Below, piece after piece: positions 25,701 to 39,050 of a DNA stretch of 64,000 nucleotides. The position numbers were made by a program, and so were the translations under genes. Location of the stretch: assembly GCA_951804945.1 (NCBI GenBank), contig OX638152.1, forward strand, positions 42,842,001 to 42,906,000, written 5' to 3'. The stretch's first letter is position 1. Every line of letters begins with the position of its first letter. The notes below the pieces were generated by a model. That model was not told the origin of the DNA. It was given only the letters and a program-made list of their open reading frames with translations, and did no database searches. The stretch is from Podarcis cretensis. Its lineage: Eukaryota.

Positions 25701-28700
25701 TGATACGTGCCTAGCGGTGGGCCTTTCTTCCACTGCAGGCAAAGGGCTAATTTTCTCAGGAAAAGGGTGTCTTTTCCGTAGGTTTAAATGCAAGCACCAC
25801 ACTATAAAAAGGCCCAAGTGCCATTCGTAATTGACACGATCTGAGTGTATTCTGTGCTTGGGTATCTCTAGTGAATTATGTAATGTCGCATAAGGAGCAG
25901 CCATCAAATCTGAGCCTGTATTTCTGTAAGTGTTAAAAGAATGGGTTTTGCTTTGGTTCTCAAAAACGACACAATCTGTTGTTTGTGTGCAGGATATTTA
26001 AGTGGGTATTTTTGTTTTTTCTTTGTGTTGACATGTTAATTTCATAGATATGTTAATCCACTGAGACCCTCTTGGGATAGAGAGGGTTAAAAACTCAATA
26101 GAGGAACATTAGTCGTCTCAGAGAAGGCCTATAAGGAAAGGAATAGCTTGTGAAACAAAATTTGGAGTAGGACAGATGATAAATAGTCTGTTTCATAGGT
26201 TGGGAAGAACTAGGTTAATGCTGTGTATCCTTGCCCACTTCAAAATACGATTGGAGTAGTAAGGGGAGCTTAGCCCCCAGAGAGGAATTTTTGCTCTAGA
26301 GTAGTGCTTGTTCCTGTATATCCCAGCTCAGTAAGGCTGGTCTCTGAGCAGTCAGATATTTTCACAGCTTATAATTGTTGACCATCATTTCCACTCACTT
26401 GAAATATAGCTTTGATTGGGGTAGGGAAAGTCTTTCTGTTGTTACTGTATGGTGTCTTAGACTACAAGAATGCAGCTCCAATCTGTCAGTCTCAGAAGTC
26501 CTGTTCTGCTTGGAATATCATAGGCACTGTTCATGTTACGAGTGTTGTTGCACTTGTGGAAGTGCTGTTTATGTAAATCACATGTGCTTGGGACTGTCTT
26601 CAGTGGCTAACATAATTCGTGTGATAGTGGCCAGTGCTCTCCACATAAGCCCAAATGTGTCAAGCTTTGCTTGAATTCTACTCAGTCCTGAGGCTGCTGG
26701 GCTCAAGAGATTCACAGGGGCCACTAGCTGAATTCAAGCGAGCTGAAGCATGCAATTATATCTGGCGCCCCCCCCCCCAATTCCTCTTCTTCTCTTTTAT
26801 TTTACATTTTGCTTTCCCTTCTGTTATTTGATTGCAAGCCTACAGGTGAGATTATGTTGTGTATTTAATTTTTGCGCAGCACCTTCGAGTTTGGGGCGCT
26901 TTGATCATTACTGGTTCATAGCTGAAGATTAGGGCATTTTTTGTCCCATCGGCACTTTTTTCAATACGTGACTTGTTTCTCATTTTACTTGGCTTATGAT
27001 ATTTTGCAAAAAAATATATAAAAAAAATGTTTTGTATCGCCATATGTGGATCTTGAAACTTTATTACTTGATTACTGTGTGGTGTGGACTTCTTAAAGTT
27101 TCGGAAACCATTTGAATCTCACTTAGCCTCTGAACCAACTCCCATGTCTCATGTAAGAGCAATTTAAATGTGAAAATATTACACTAAATATGGTGAGAAA
27201 ATCTATACAGCCAAAATGCTCTGGCCTATGCATATGTTGCTTACACATCAGCTTTATACTGATTTTGAATAGACTCTAGGATTTGACTCCAGTGTATTTC
27301 TTGGGAAAGGCAATGAAGTGGTGTAAAGCTTCTAAGAACAATCTCCTGTGTGCTGTTGTCATTGCTGGTGTGTCAAGGTGGGAGCAGTTTTCCTAGGTTA
27401 GCCTTACCTTGGTAGAATTTATAGTATGTCTTCTAACATCTAAACAACTATGGGCAGGCCATCTCAGTTTGAGGCAAACTGTGGGAAAGTGTTTTATCTA
27501 GCTGAACAATTCAGTAGCTTTGCCGGTGGAGGATTCCACACACACTCCTGATTTGAAACCAGTCAGATTTTTTTTTACAACAGTTGTGACTGATCTGTTC
27601 TCTGCCCCCGAGATCCCAATGACTTTTGGCATCAATGGTGAAGGTGGGGGTGGGGGGTGGGGGGAGGAACCATGCACAATATTTTGGTGGGTGAAGCAGG
27701 GTACCCTGATGAGGATGGAGAATCACACCTTTCCTGTTTCGGGGGGGGGGGGAATCTTCATGGATCAGCTGAGGAGGGGTGAAAACATGTCCTTTGTGTG
27801 CGCACACATACGAAAGTTTTCATTAAAAGTGTATAGGTTTGTTATACCTGCTGCTGGCATGCAGACCCTGGAGGATTGGCCAAAGATGAATGTGGCCCTC
27901 AGGCCAAAATACTCTTAAGAGTTTTCCTTGTGGATGTGTGGAAATTGACAAATGTACAAGAGTATACTATGAATGACTGGATTTTAAATCACACAAAGTG
28001 TAATAGTAGAAGTTGTGGTGGAAATGGAAGAAAAAGCCTGAAGTTGTAAATGCCGGCTGTCAATATTAGGATGGGCATTCATAAGAAATAATTGTCTTAT
28101 ATAAATGCCAGAACAAATGAATCTTATGGTGGATGATTGTACTGTATCTAAAATGAAAGTGCTACTAAGTGAGCTACTGAAAGATGGGAATGGAATTTTG
28201 ATATCTTTTTTGAGACTGAGACCTCTCCACTACTTCCGTTTCAGATATTGGCTCTGCTGACCATGCAAAATCGCAAGAGTCCCAGCATACTGCACACTCC
28301 TTGGCTCCTTCAAATGCCTCAGCCCCAAGATCTTCCACGCCTTCTCATGGTCAGGCGGCCCCTTCAGAGCCAGGTAGTATGCAGAAGACTCCATCCAAAG
28401 TGGTCTATGTCTTTTCAACAGAGATGGCTAATAAGTAAGTGACACTTTAGTTTACATTGAATGTAGTAGTCACAGCCTCCGGTTTAGTTCTGTTTGCTGC
28501 TTATGCACGATGACAAGTTATATCCATTCATGGCTTCCACTTGCAACCATATCTGCTTAAATAGGTACCTGTATCTCCATCACATCACACGAGGAAGGGC
28601 ATGAATGTATGTTCTACGTTGGAAGAGAAACCTTCTAGGAAAATGAAAAACTGTGTTTTGCCTTGTGGACAATTTGGCACTTAATTGTGCATTTGTAAAG

Positions 28701-31700
28701 CACCCTGATAGAGGGTGGTATAGAAACCAATCAAATCATAAAATAACATCTTCGTTAGATGTTGCCCTCTTTAGTAGAGGTATATTACGTTTACAGGAAG
28801 AGGGCCTACTGAATGGTAACCGACAGATTTTGAATGCCATTTTTAATGGGGTGTGCCTGGCACCAGCAAGCTTTTTGCACCAGGGGAAGACCTTCCCATT
28901 TGCCAAGGTTTTATAGGTTTTAGATTATTTTCTTTTTAATTGTACTTTATCCTGATGTTAGTTCTTAAGATTTTATATTGTTTTGTATCTTGTTTGATTG
29001 TGCGAATTTCACTTAGTTTCGTACACTGTCCTGGAATCTTTCTATGAAGAGCGATTAAGAAAAAGGACAGCTAGTATGTTATCAATTACAGAAAGGGGTG
29101 TAGACTTTTGTTGACAGGGACTGATATGCCCTGTGATGTTTCAGCTGCTTGTGTTTGTCTTCAGGGCTGCAGAAGCTGTGCTGAAAGGACAAGTGGAAAC
29201 CATTGTATCTTTTCACATTCAGAACATCTCTAACAAGGTGGAACGAAACACTGCACCTTTGGTAAGTAACTTCACAGATGGAGAAGACAGTGTGGGCAGG
29301 AGGGGTGAGGCTGCCAGTGGCTTGACAGAGTGGTTAAAGCATGATTGGCGAAAGGTGAACTCAGAGCTTGGCCTTCCTTATTGCCCTAGAACTAGGCTTC
29401 ATTTGAGCCATGTGAAATTACTAACTTGTCTTCCTTTTTCTTCAGAACACTCAGATTCCACCACTTCGAAATGATACAAAGCCCCAAGCTCCATCGCAGC
29501 TGCCTGCTTCTCAAGAGCAGACTCCTCCCCAGAATGCCAAAATGCAGCAGACTCCACCCATTCCAGTGCCGGCACCAGCACCCAAACCTACTGGCCCTCC
29601 ATGTCCTATTGAGCAGGACAATCCTGGATTAGAAAGTAAAGTGATGTCAGCAGGAAGTCCTGCAAACTCCACCCCTCTACAAACTGAAGGATTTGGGCAA
29701 ACTTCAACCCCCAGTAATAGAGCCGTTAGTCCAGTTTCCCAGGGAAGTAACAGTTCCACTGCGGACCCTAAAGGTCCCAACCAGCAGGTATCTGGTGGGG
29801 ACCCACCAAATATGGGTGAAAATCCAGATGGACTGTCCCAGGAGCAGCTGGAGCATAGAGAACGTTCCCTGCAGACTCTGCGAGATATTCAGCGTATGCT
29901 TTTCCCAGATGAGAAGGAGTTCACTGGAGGCCAAGCTGGGCCTCCCCCGCCCAATTCTGGAGTGCTGGATGGTCCCCAAAAGAAGCCTGAAGGGCCAATC
30001 CAGGCCTTGATGGCTCAATCCCAAAGTTTAGGTAAAGGGCCAGGACCCCGGACAGAAGGAGGGGCTCCCTTTGGCCCTCCAGGGCACCGAGACATGCCCT
30101 TCTCACCAGATGAAGTTGGGCCACCATCCTTAAACTCTCAGTCTGGTCCTATAGGACCAGAGCACCTGGATCATATGACCCCCGAGCAGGTGGCCTGGCT
30201 GAAGTTGCAACAGGAGTTCTACGAAGAAAAGAGGAGGAAGCAGGAGCAGGTTGTACAGCAGTGTTCTTTACAAGACATGATGGTTCACCAGCATGGGCCT
30301 CGAGGATTGGTCAGAGGCCCCCCACCTCCATACCAGATGACCCCAGGCGAGGGCTGGGGTCCTGGGGGCCCAGAGCCCTTTCCTGAAAGTATGACTATGT
30401 CCCATTCACTGCCCCCAAGGGGCATGGCCCCCCATCCCAATGTGCCTGGTGGTCAGATGCGGCTGCCTGGGTTTGCTGGAATGATAAACCCTGACATAGA
30501 GGGTCCCAATGTCCCAAACGCCACTTCTAGACCCGGGCTTTCAGGTGTCCCTTGGCCGGAAGATGTGCCAAAAATGCCAGATGGCCGAAACTTCCCTCCT
30601 GGGCAAGGTGTGTTCAGTGGGCCTGGGCGAGGGGAGAGGTTCCCCAATCCTCAGGGCCTGCCTGAGGAGATCTTTCAACAGCAGCTGGCAGAAAAACAGC
30701 TAGGACTTCCCCCTGGCATGAGCATTGAAGGCATCAGGCCTGGCATGGAAATGAACCGGATGATTCCCTCTCAAAGACACATGGAGCCCGGCAATAACCC
30801 CATCTTCCCACGTATGCCGGTTGAAGGGTCCATGAGCCCCTCCAGGGGAGACTTCCCCAAAGGGATGCCACCTCAGATGGCAGCTGGTAGGGACTTGGAA
30901 TTTGGGATGGGCCCTGGTAGCATGAAGGGGGATGTGAATCTGAATGTCAACATGAGTTCCAATCCACCAATGTTACCTCAGAAGATGAGGGAAGCTGGAG
31001 TGGGCCCGGAGGAAATGATGAAAATGCGCCCAGGTGTCTCGGAGATACTCCCCTCGCAGCAGAAAATGGTGCCCATGCCATTTGGTGAGCATCCCCAGCA
31101 GGACTATGGAATGGGCCCGAGACCTTTCCATCCTATGTCTCAGGGCCCAGGTGTTGGTCTTCGGAATCACAGAGAACAAATGGGGCCCGACCAAAGGACT
31201 AACAACCGGCTTAGCCACATGCCACCACTACCTCTGAATCCCTCCAGCAACCCAAACAGCCTCAACACAGCTCCTCCTGTTCAACGCAACCTCGGACGCA
31301 AGCCCTTGGATGTTTCCGTTGGTGCCAGCCAGGTTCATTCTCCAGGCATAAATCCACTGAAGTCCCCCACCATGCGCCAGGTCCAGTCTCCCATGCTGGG
31401 TTCGCCCTCCGGGAACCTCAAGTCCCCCCAGACTCCATCCCAGCTGGCAGGGATACTCGCAGGGCCGACTGCAGCAGCTGCTGCTTCAATCAAATCTCCT
31501 CCTGTTATGGGCTCTGCTGCCGCTTCTCCTGTCCATCTCAAGTCTCCGTCCCTCCCTGCACCTTCTCCTGGATGGACTTCATCTCCAAAGCCCCCACTGC
31601 AGAGTCCTGGAATACCCCCCAACCACAAAGCGTCTCTTGCCATGTCTTCACCAGCCATGATGGGAAATGTTGAATCAGGTCAGTTGTGCTCGCCTTCTCT

Positions 31701-34700
31701 ACCATCCTTTTTCTTCACTATCTTTATAGTCAGTAAGGTGCTACCTTTCCTTTAAACAAACTCTGTTCTGATTCCTTTTATTGACAACCTGATGCACCAG
31801 ACTTGGCAGGCTAGCTTGTTACTTTCCGCTCCTAAACTGCTTTGTGTTGGGCACAAGACTGTAAAGGGTTGGGCACAACCCTGTAAAGATATTGTCATAG
31901 TACTAGTTGATGTATGGACATAATTGAACTGTGAAGAGATGGATGCACAAACTGATTACTCTCACTAGCTTAGAAACATAGTCTTTTGTACTAGTGTATC
32001 GTGTGTTGGGTAAATTGAGTTCTATTTGCAGAACACTCTGCTAGAGGCAGTTTCTTCTGTAGCTACTAGGGAGTTGAGGGACCTTCTGGAACACCATGGG
32101 AAGTGTTGTTGGAGGCCTCAGGGGTGGGGGGGACTTCAAAAATTGCTCTCCTTTCCTCCAGCAGGAACCTCTGCTGGATCTGAGATGTTTCTCAGAAGGG
32201 CATGCATGTCTGGATCCAACCTCATATGCCAAAGTGGAATAGATGTGAGAAGGGGGGCGGGGGAGTAAACTCCTTTGCCTTGTTCTGAAGCAAATTTGTT
32301 GCGGATTTGAGAGTTCCTCCCATGGAAACTTAGAACCAGCTCTCTTGCATATCACAAGCTGGTTCCTGTAGTATTTTTGTACTGTAAGGATTATTGCATA
32401 TAAATTCCTGAAACCATGACATTTTGTGAAGGGTTGTCCTCACTGAACAATTCAGATGGTAAACAGCATTTGGTAAACTTTGTGTCTTGCTTGGCTTCAC
32501 AGACCCCTCCTGGGAGGAAGTTGGTTTAACATTAGATCACAGATTTGGCTGTGAATGGTTTTTAGACAGATGTCAGCTGATTTCTGCAATGGTTTTTGCC
32601 TTTACACAAAATATAAGCCCCTTTCTTGGTTCACATGGTCCTGTTTGCCCTACAGAATTGCAAGTCTTATTGAATCTTTCAGATTTATAGCTTAAAGTCA
32701 ACTGGCTGTTCTCATCCTGCAAGGTTCTAATAAAGGAAGTCCCCAGGTGCGCAATGTTTGCATGCAGTCGTTTGATGGAGCCAGCCTTGGGAGCTCTTCA
32801 GTCTGTGAAATCACATTATTCCAGGAATTAGGAAGGCAACCAAGACAACACTTTGACTGCATTGCCCTCTACTGTTTCAGAGTAATCACTGCAATGGCAT
32901 GCTTTCCCCCACCCCTCTTTTTGGAGTTCTCCTGTAGCTCTGAGGCCCAGCTCTCCAATGGGTTTTATTGTGATAAAACATTTTTAGGTTTATTAGGACC
33001 TACATACATACACTTTATTCTAGACAAATAGTACACATTATCTAAGTTACATTTTGATAAAACTCAATAAGAGTTAGAAATAACTCTGAAACTATAGAAT
33101 AGCATTTGAGACCGCATTGAAAAACACTAGATTTGGAACAAATTTCTCTCCGTCTCCCCTCTCTCATCTTGATGCTTTGGTTGATGGTAGCTGGATTTGC
33201 AGCCAATGCATAGTCACTGCCATTTCTTCTGTCTGCAGACAAATCCAGACACTCCTGATTTCATTCCATCACAATTGGAATGAAATCTTGCTTGAGAGAC
33301 TTGGGTTGACAGTGGAAAACATTGACCTTGTCTGACATGTGTTAAAAATACGCAGTGATAGCTCATGGTGCATTGTTGAATAAGAAATGGAACTTTTAGT
33401 AAGCTGGTTAGTGCTCTTATGTGAAACAGCACATTTAATAATAGCGTTTAAACTTCTGAACTCTCCCAAGCTGTTCAGCTTTGCTTCATATATGCATCAC
33501 AGGGTAACTGTTCTATTTGTTGGGATTCCAACCATTAGGTAGCTGGAGGGTGTACATTTTTGCACAGGCAAGTTTGTTCTCTCCACTATTTAGGAAATTG
33601 AGCCTTTTTTTTTTTTTAAGGCACTTGCTCTCTTCCTGGTCTCTCTGTGAGCCAGGTCCTCCCTCCTTTGTCTCAGCAGCAGGCATTGCTGAATGGCATG
33701 AAGCATGCATGGATGTTTGGAGCTACTATGGCTGGTAGGGATGTCAAGGGGCATTATCCAGTTAGTGCCTGTCATTCTAGTCTTGAGAGATTCTGGTGTT
33801 CTGCACACAAAAAACCAGGCATAGTAGTTGCATTTCCTGGGCGTAAAATAGTTTTTCTAGCAGTTGTGATGATAATGAGCTGTCCAGATTGCTGAGAAAC
33901 TGGGATTTAGCAGGGAAAGTAGCATTTTGTTGAGATTCTGACACCTGGGCTCTCAAAAAGCAAATGGCTTGAAGGATCCAGTATGAAAATAACCTCTCCT
34001 CTTCCCTTTCCTGCAGTTTTTTTATTAGTTCTTCCTCTTCGTTGATTTGTCTGAATACCCTGATTCATATAATTATTTTGTAACAAGGTCTGAAATTCAG
34101 TTTATGGTAATACAGTGTGTATTTCGTGCATAACTGCAGATCATAGTACCATCCTTGTAAATACTTATGGGACTAGTGTTACCAGGAGAAAGTAGATCTA
34201 GTCCCTGATGTACATACACTCAAGCTTCATTTATGCAGAAAGACCATTGATGGACTGGGCTGTGTAGTTGCTATTGCTGTTATGGCTTGCTATTGTCCCA
34301 GAAATTTATTTATTTAAAATTTTATATCCTACGCTTTTAGTGCCTACCACATGGGACAGCTCACAACAACTTCATTGCAATACAGTTGTCTTAGTGGATT
34401 CAAGAGGGGACCAGAGTCCACTCCTTCTAGGGATGTGTGCTTTTCTCTGAGCATTTGGTATATTGGCAGAGAAGCCAGTGGGGGTGAACTTGTGGGCTTA
34501 TGATTGATGCCTCTTAAGTCAGAACCCTCTTCATCCAATGTAAGAGTGTCACAGCATCTTGAAGGCTTGGTTGTCCTCAGATACCTGGACTTTGTGGTAC
34601 ACAAGTGTTGTCCTTGTGTGTGGCTGAAAATGAACTTCCTGTTGCGTATAGTGTAGGGTAACGTGTGCGCCATCGAGAATGAAGCACTAAATAAACTGCA

Positions 34701-37700
34701 GACAGCTTGATTATGGAGCAGTTGCCTTGTGGTATATTGATGTACTGTGGTATGCATGAGAGAGGGGTGAGGGAGTGAAGGAGGGGCACAGTTCCCTTTT
34801 TCAGGGCTGGGGGGAAAGCGCTCTGCCTGAGGACAGCTGCTGCCAATCAGAGTAGACAGTAATACAGGGCCAGGTTAACCAGTGATATTATTTGATATAA
34901 ATAAGTTTCATATGGTCAAATTGGCATTTAACCCAGACCCAACAGGAAGCTGTTGAGTGAAACTTCCAAAGCATTCTAGGCAAGGCAACTAGTTGTTAAA
35001 GGCTAACTTGTATTTATTTATTTAGGTGGTGCACCCCCTTCAACGGTTAGCCAGGCTGCTCCTGTGACTCTTCCTGGAAATCTTCCTTCTAGCAGTCCAT
35101 ACACAATGCCCCCAGAGCCTACTCTCTCTCAAAATCCTCTCTCCATCATGATGTCCCGGATGTCCAAGTTTGCAATGCCCAGTTCTACTCCACTCTACCA
35201 TGACGCTATCAAGACTGTGGCTTCCTCAGATGATGACTCTCCTCCAGCACGTTCCCCAAACCTGCCACCTATGAACAATCTTTCGGGTAAGAAACAATTC
35301 TGTATAGGTGTGCTGTGGCTGGTAGCATGTGGTTTGGAGAATATCATAGGGAGAAGCTAATGAAATTGAAACTTGCATGTGGCAAAACAGTGACACACTG
35401 AAATAGCCTCACTGAAATTGAGTTGTCAGGAACTACTCACCTAGGATGGACAGCATAAGGTGTGGGCAGCAAACAGCCTGTGTAACTTAACCCAAGTGTT
35501 TGGCAGGAGGCTGCTGATGTAGGCAGTTACATAAATTATCATACCCTTCTCTCTTTTTTCACAATTTTAACTTTCCAACAGTAGTTATCCACATTGAAAA
35601 TGGAGCATTGTGACTTGCAAGTATAGCGCAAACTATTACATCAAGTATAATTTGTGAAAAAAGACTAGGGATTATGTCTCTGTGTGTCTCAAGTGATCAC
35701 GTTTTATCATAGCTTACATGAGAGCCACTTGCCAGTCTAAGAATCATTCTGATATTGATGTAGTGTGTTCTGTGACTTGCTTGTGGCTGTTTCAGTTGGG
35801 TCTTTCTTAGAACCCAGAAACAAGTTCTACCCAAGGAAGTGAGAAATGATGTCAGATTTTGTTTGACTCCAATTGGATTAAGAGGAGTTTTAAAAGCTGT
35901 TGAGTTTATGTCAAGATGACTTAGAAGAGTGACAACTTCTCTTCTTCACAGTAAGGTGTTGAGGCTTAGATTAAGTGTGTCCAGGTTCTTGATTCAGGTT
36001 CCAGGATGGTTAGACTTTAGGTGGTAGTACTTCTATTTTGAAAAAGCACACCTTTGCTCTTTTAACCAACCTGATGGAAATAGTGAGATAAATCGCTTCA
36101 AGTGACTAGAATCCTACAACAGTGAAATGTAGTGAGATGGTTGTGGAAGATTTGGAGCTTAGCTGTGCCAAGCAACTCCAGAATGACACCCTCTGCCTCT
36201 GTTCTGGACCCCCTCTTTTTGTAGGCAATGTTATTCCTGGAGACCTTTCCTATAACTGCCTTCTCCTTTAGTGGCTTCTTGTAGAAGGATTTGGAGTAAA
36301 CTTGCATCGTTTTCCCTTCTAGAGAAGGGTTAAATTCCATTGTTCTGCTGTTGTATCAGTCACCTATGGAATACTTCAAGGAAAAGACCAAATTGTTACC
36401 CCCATTCTTTTTAAGCTTGCGTAATACTTCTGATTCACCCTGGTGAAAATGGTGGATGTTTTCTAGGGCATACTTGGGGCTTCCCTTGTCCTCTGTGAAC
36501 CCTTGATCATGCCTTATTACAGTGTGACCGGGTTGCCTTGGCAGAGAAGTCAACAGTGGAAAACGTTCCCTCATTTCAGCAATTGTTGTTACTTTCACCA
36601 GCATGAAACCTCCCCTTTGACATTTGTCTTTGTATTGAGAGATTCCAGTATGTGCAACGGTCTCTGATGGAAAATACGTCAGCATTTGGGACAACCTCTT
36701 TGTGTTGGTGTGCTTTCGACGTGGTCCTTATTTTATGCGAGGCTGTAGTATAGCAAGGAGATATTTAGCTATCCATAGATTACTCATTTCCACATTAGAA
36801 GTCATTTATGCAGTACTTGCCATTCCTGAAAGCTTTTTGTATTATCACCTACTTGCTCTAATCTTAACCTTTCCCCCCTCCCATTCTCTCTAGGAATGGG
36901 CATTAATCCCCAGAATCCTCGCAGTTCAGGTCCCAACCAGGTGGGCCCGATGCCAACTCTTAGCCCAATGGGAATGACGCAGCCTCTAACTCACAGTAAC
37001 CAGATGCCCTCTCCAAATGCTATGGGACCCAGTATACCTCCTCATGGGGTCCCTGGCCTGATGTCACACAATCCAATGATGGGTCATGGTTCCCAGGATC
37101 CACCAATGGTACCTCAAGGACGCCTGGGCTTCCCACAGGGGTTTCCTCCAGTACAGTCCCCTCCCCAGCAGGTGCCATTTCCACATAATGGACCGAGTGG
37201 AGGACAAGGCAACTTCCCAGCTGGAATGAGCTTCCACGGTGAGGGACCTCTGGGACGTCCCACCAGCATGCCCCAAAGTTCAACGGATCCCGCACTTTGC
37301 AAGTCTGGAGGTCCCGGAGGACCCGATTCTTTCACTGTCCTAGGAAACAACATGCCTTCAGTTTTTACCGATCCGGAGCTGCAGGAAGTGATTCGCCCTG
37401 GAGCTACTGGAATACCAGAATTCGACCTGTCCAGGATTATTCCATCAGAGAAGCCTAGCCAGACACTACAGTATTTCCCTCGTGGGGAAGTACCGGGCCG
37501 CAAGCAGCCACAGGGTGTTGGGCCTGGGTTTTCTCACATGCAGGGAATGATGGCAGAACAGAATCCGAGAATGGGGCTGGCGTTAGCTGGCATGGGGGGG
37601 CCGGTGGGCGCACCTGATATTTCTCTTGGAGGAGCATCATCCATGCCAGGTCACAACCCAATGAGACCTCCTGCCTTCCTGCAACAAGGCATGATGGGAC

Positions 37701-37987
37701 CTCACCATCGGATGATGTCACCAGCACAACCAACCATGCCTGGCCAGCCCACTCTAATGAGCAACCCAGTAGGCATGATTCCAGGCAAGGACCGCGCTCC
37801 TACTGGGCTCTACAGCCATCCGGGACCTGTGGGTTCACCTGGTATGATGATGTCAATGCAGGGCATGATAGGACCCCAACAGAACATCATGATTCCTCCA
37901 CAGATGAGACCCCGGGGAATGGCTGCTGATGTAGGAATGGGAGGATTTAGCCAAGGCCCTGGAAATCCAGGGAACATGATGTTTTAA
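22641..37987 (+). CDS. BCL9: B-cell CLL/lymphoma 9 protein (Wnt/beta-catenin co-activator). join(22641..22693,25032..25348,28245..28434,29165..29261,29446..31678,35026..35286,36894..37987) = 4245 nt, 1414 aa
   Basis: Starts MHSSNPKVRNSPSGNAQSSPKSKQEVMVRPP. HD1 (VYVFSTEMANKAAEAVLKGQVETIVSFHI), HD2 (PDGLSQEQLEHRERSLQTLRDIQRMLFP), HD3 (TPEQVAWLKLQQEFYEEKRRK). Ends GPGNPGNMMF. All introns are GT-AG with consistent phases. Adjacent to ACP6 as in other vertebrates. Confidence 0.98.
22702..22731 (+). repeat. (CA)15 microsatellite
   Basis: Perfect dinucleotide run starting 8 nt into the intron. Confidence 0.97.
23815..24179 (+). mobile_element. Full-length Sauria SINE
   Basis: tRNA-like head GGGACGCAGGTGGCGCTGTGGG, B box GGTTCGAATCCC, (ACCTTT)n tail, imperfect TSD TATCTGA(T/G)A. 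Confidence 0.92.
25032..25348 (+). CDS. BCL9: BCL9 coding exon 2
   Basis: TTCCAG|TAGTCCC acceptor. Encodes SPKSKQEVMVRPP...SDESEIK. Donor G|GTATGT. Confidence 0.96.
28245..28434 (+). CDS. BCL9: BCL9 coding exon 3 (first half of HD1)
   Basis: TTTCAG| acceptor. Encodes DIGSADHAKSQ...VVYVFSTEMAN. Donor AA|GTAAGT. Confidence 0.96.
29165..29261 (+). CDS. BCL9: BCL9 coding exon 4 (second half of HD1, Pygopus binding)
   Basis: Encodes AAEAVLKGQVETIVSFHIQNISNKVERNTAPL. Donor TTG|GTAAGT. Confidence 0.96.
29446..31678 (+). CDS. BCL9: BCL9 large coding exon 5 (HD2 beta-catenin binding at ~29824-29907, HD3)
   Basis: Acceptor TTCTTCAG|AAC is in frame with the 737-aa ORF. Donor TCAG|GTCAGT. Confidence 0.97.
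35026..35286 (+). CDS. BCL9: BCL9 coding exon 6
   Basis: TTTAG|GT acceptor. Encodes ...QNPLSIMMSRMSKFAMPSSTPLYHDAIKTVASSDDDSP... Donor G|GTAAGA. Confidence 0.96.
36894..37987 (+). CDS. BCL9: BCL9 terminal coding exon
   Basis: CTCTCTAG| acceptor. Contains GIPEFDLSRIIPSEKPSQTLQYFP. TAA ends at 37987. Confidence 0.97.
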
Positions 37988-39050
37988 GCTGCTACATAAG
38001 ACTGGATGGTTCGATCCTTGTTGAGATGAGATTCCAGGTCCTGAGGGCTGCCTGAGAGCTCCAGGAGCACAGTTTGGCCATGCAATAGGTAAAAAAACAG
38101 ACCAGAGGATGCTTTGGGAAATCTCGAATGTATGGAATTACCTGAAAACAAATGAATTCATTTTAACAGGTTGTTTTTTTAAAATTTATTTTTTAAAAAT
38201 TATTTTTGTGTACTTGGATATCCTGTGATGGCACCTGCTTTGAGAATCTGTAGCTGTATTTTGAGAATTGCCATTTGTCACAAGTTGCACCATTCTCTCT
38301 GTATGTTTACGTCCTTTGGACTGGCTTCTCCCAGGACTCTTGGTTATTTTGGGGGGGGGGGTATTTTTGTGTACTGTACTATATTGTAAAAGGGATTTTA
38401 GCAGAGACTTTAGTCTTTGGGGTGAGAGGCTGTTTACTTTTAGGTGGAAAATCCATCTTCAGAACTTTGGACTATTTTCCTTCAACTCCAATGTATAGAA
38501 AAACCAAACTACGACCTCAGAGCAGAGTATTAATGAAAAGCACAAAAGGAACTTAAGTTCAGTGAGGGGGAATCTTAAAAAAAAAATAAGTTAAGGACAT
38601 ATTTTTCAAATTATGGAGTGCTGTCGAGCACCTTTGTCTCTCCCTCCCACTCTTAAAAAAAAAAAGGGCATCTTGCCCCCCCCCCCCTTTACTGTCTCCT
38701 CCTCTGGCAGCTGCAATACATTGTATTATTTTTGGGGAGTATATGTAGGAGAGCCCCTTCTCGTTCTGAGAGTGTTGCTACTTTCAGGAGGAGGCTGGAC
38801 TTTGACACTGTTACATACTACAGTAGTCTTACTGTTCGTTCTCCTTTTCTTAGGACACCCCCCCCCCCGGTGACTTTATTAATGTGGGAGTGGAACAGAC
38901 ACTAAAAGTTATCCTGACCTTTTTTTGTGGCTATCTTTTTTTTTTGTTCCCCAGCGTAAAACGTTCTCTGTGTAACCTCCATTAAATTTGGTACAAAACC
39001 ACTTGCCAGGGCTGTGGTGTCAGAAAAATAAAATATATTGTTTCTTACAA
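37988..39050 (+). promoter_or_regulatory. BCL9: BCL9 3'UTR with miRNA seed matches: miR-30 TGTTTAC (38304-38310, 38431-38437), miR-101 GTACTGTA (38371-38378), miR-218 AAGCACAA (38538-38545), miR-25/92 TGCAATA (38081, 38712)
   Basis: Seed strings read directly from the sequence. The end is set by the polyA signal. Confidence 0.7.
39027..39032 (+). terminator. BCL9: Polyadenylation signal AATAAA for BCL9 (variant ATTAAA at 38981-38986)
   Basis: AATAAA followed ~16 nt later by CA and a pyrimidine-rich downstream tract. Confidence 0.75.

Noticed and set aside
29693-31658. Alternative-frame and antisense ORFs inside the large BCL9 exon
   Set aside because: Short, several without a true ATG, and explained by Pro/Gly codon bias.
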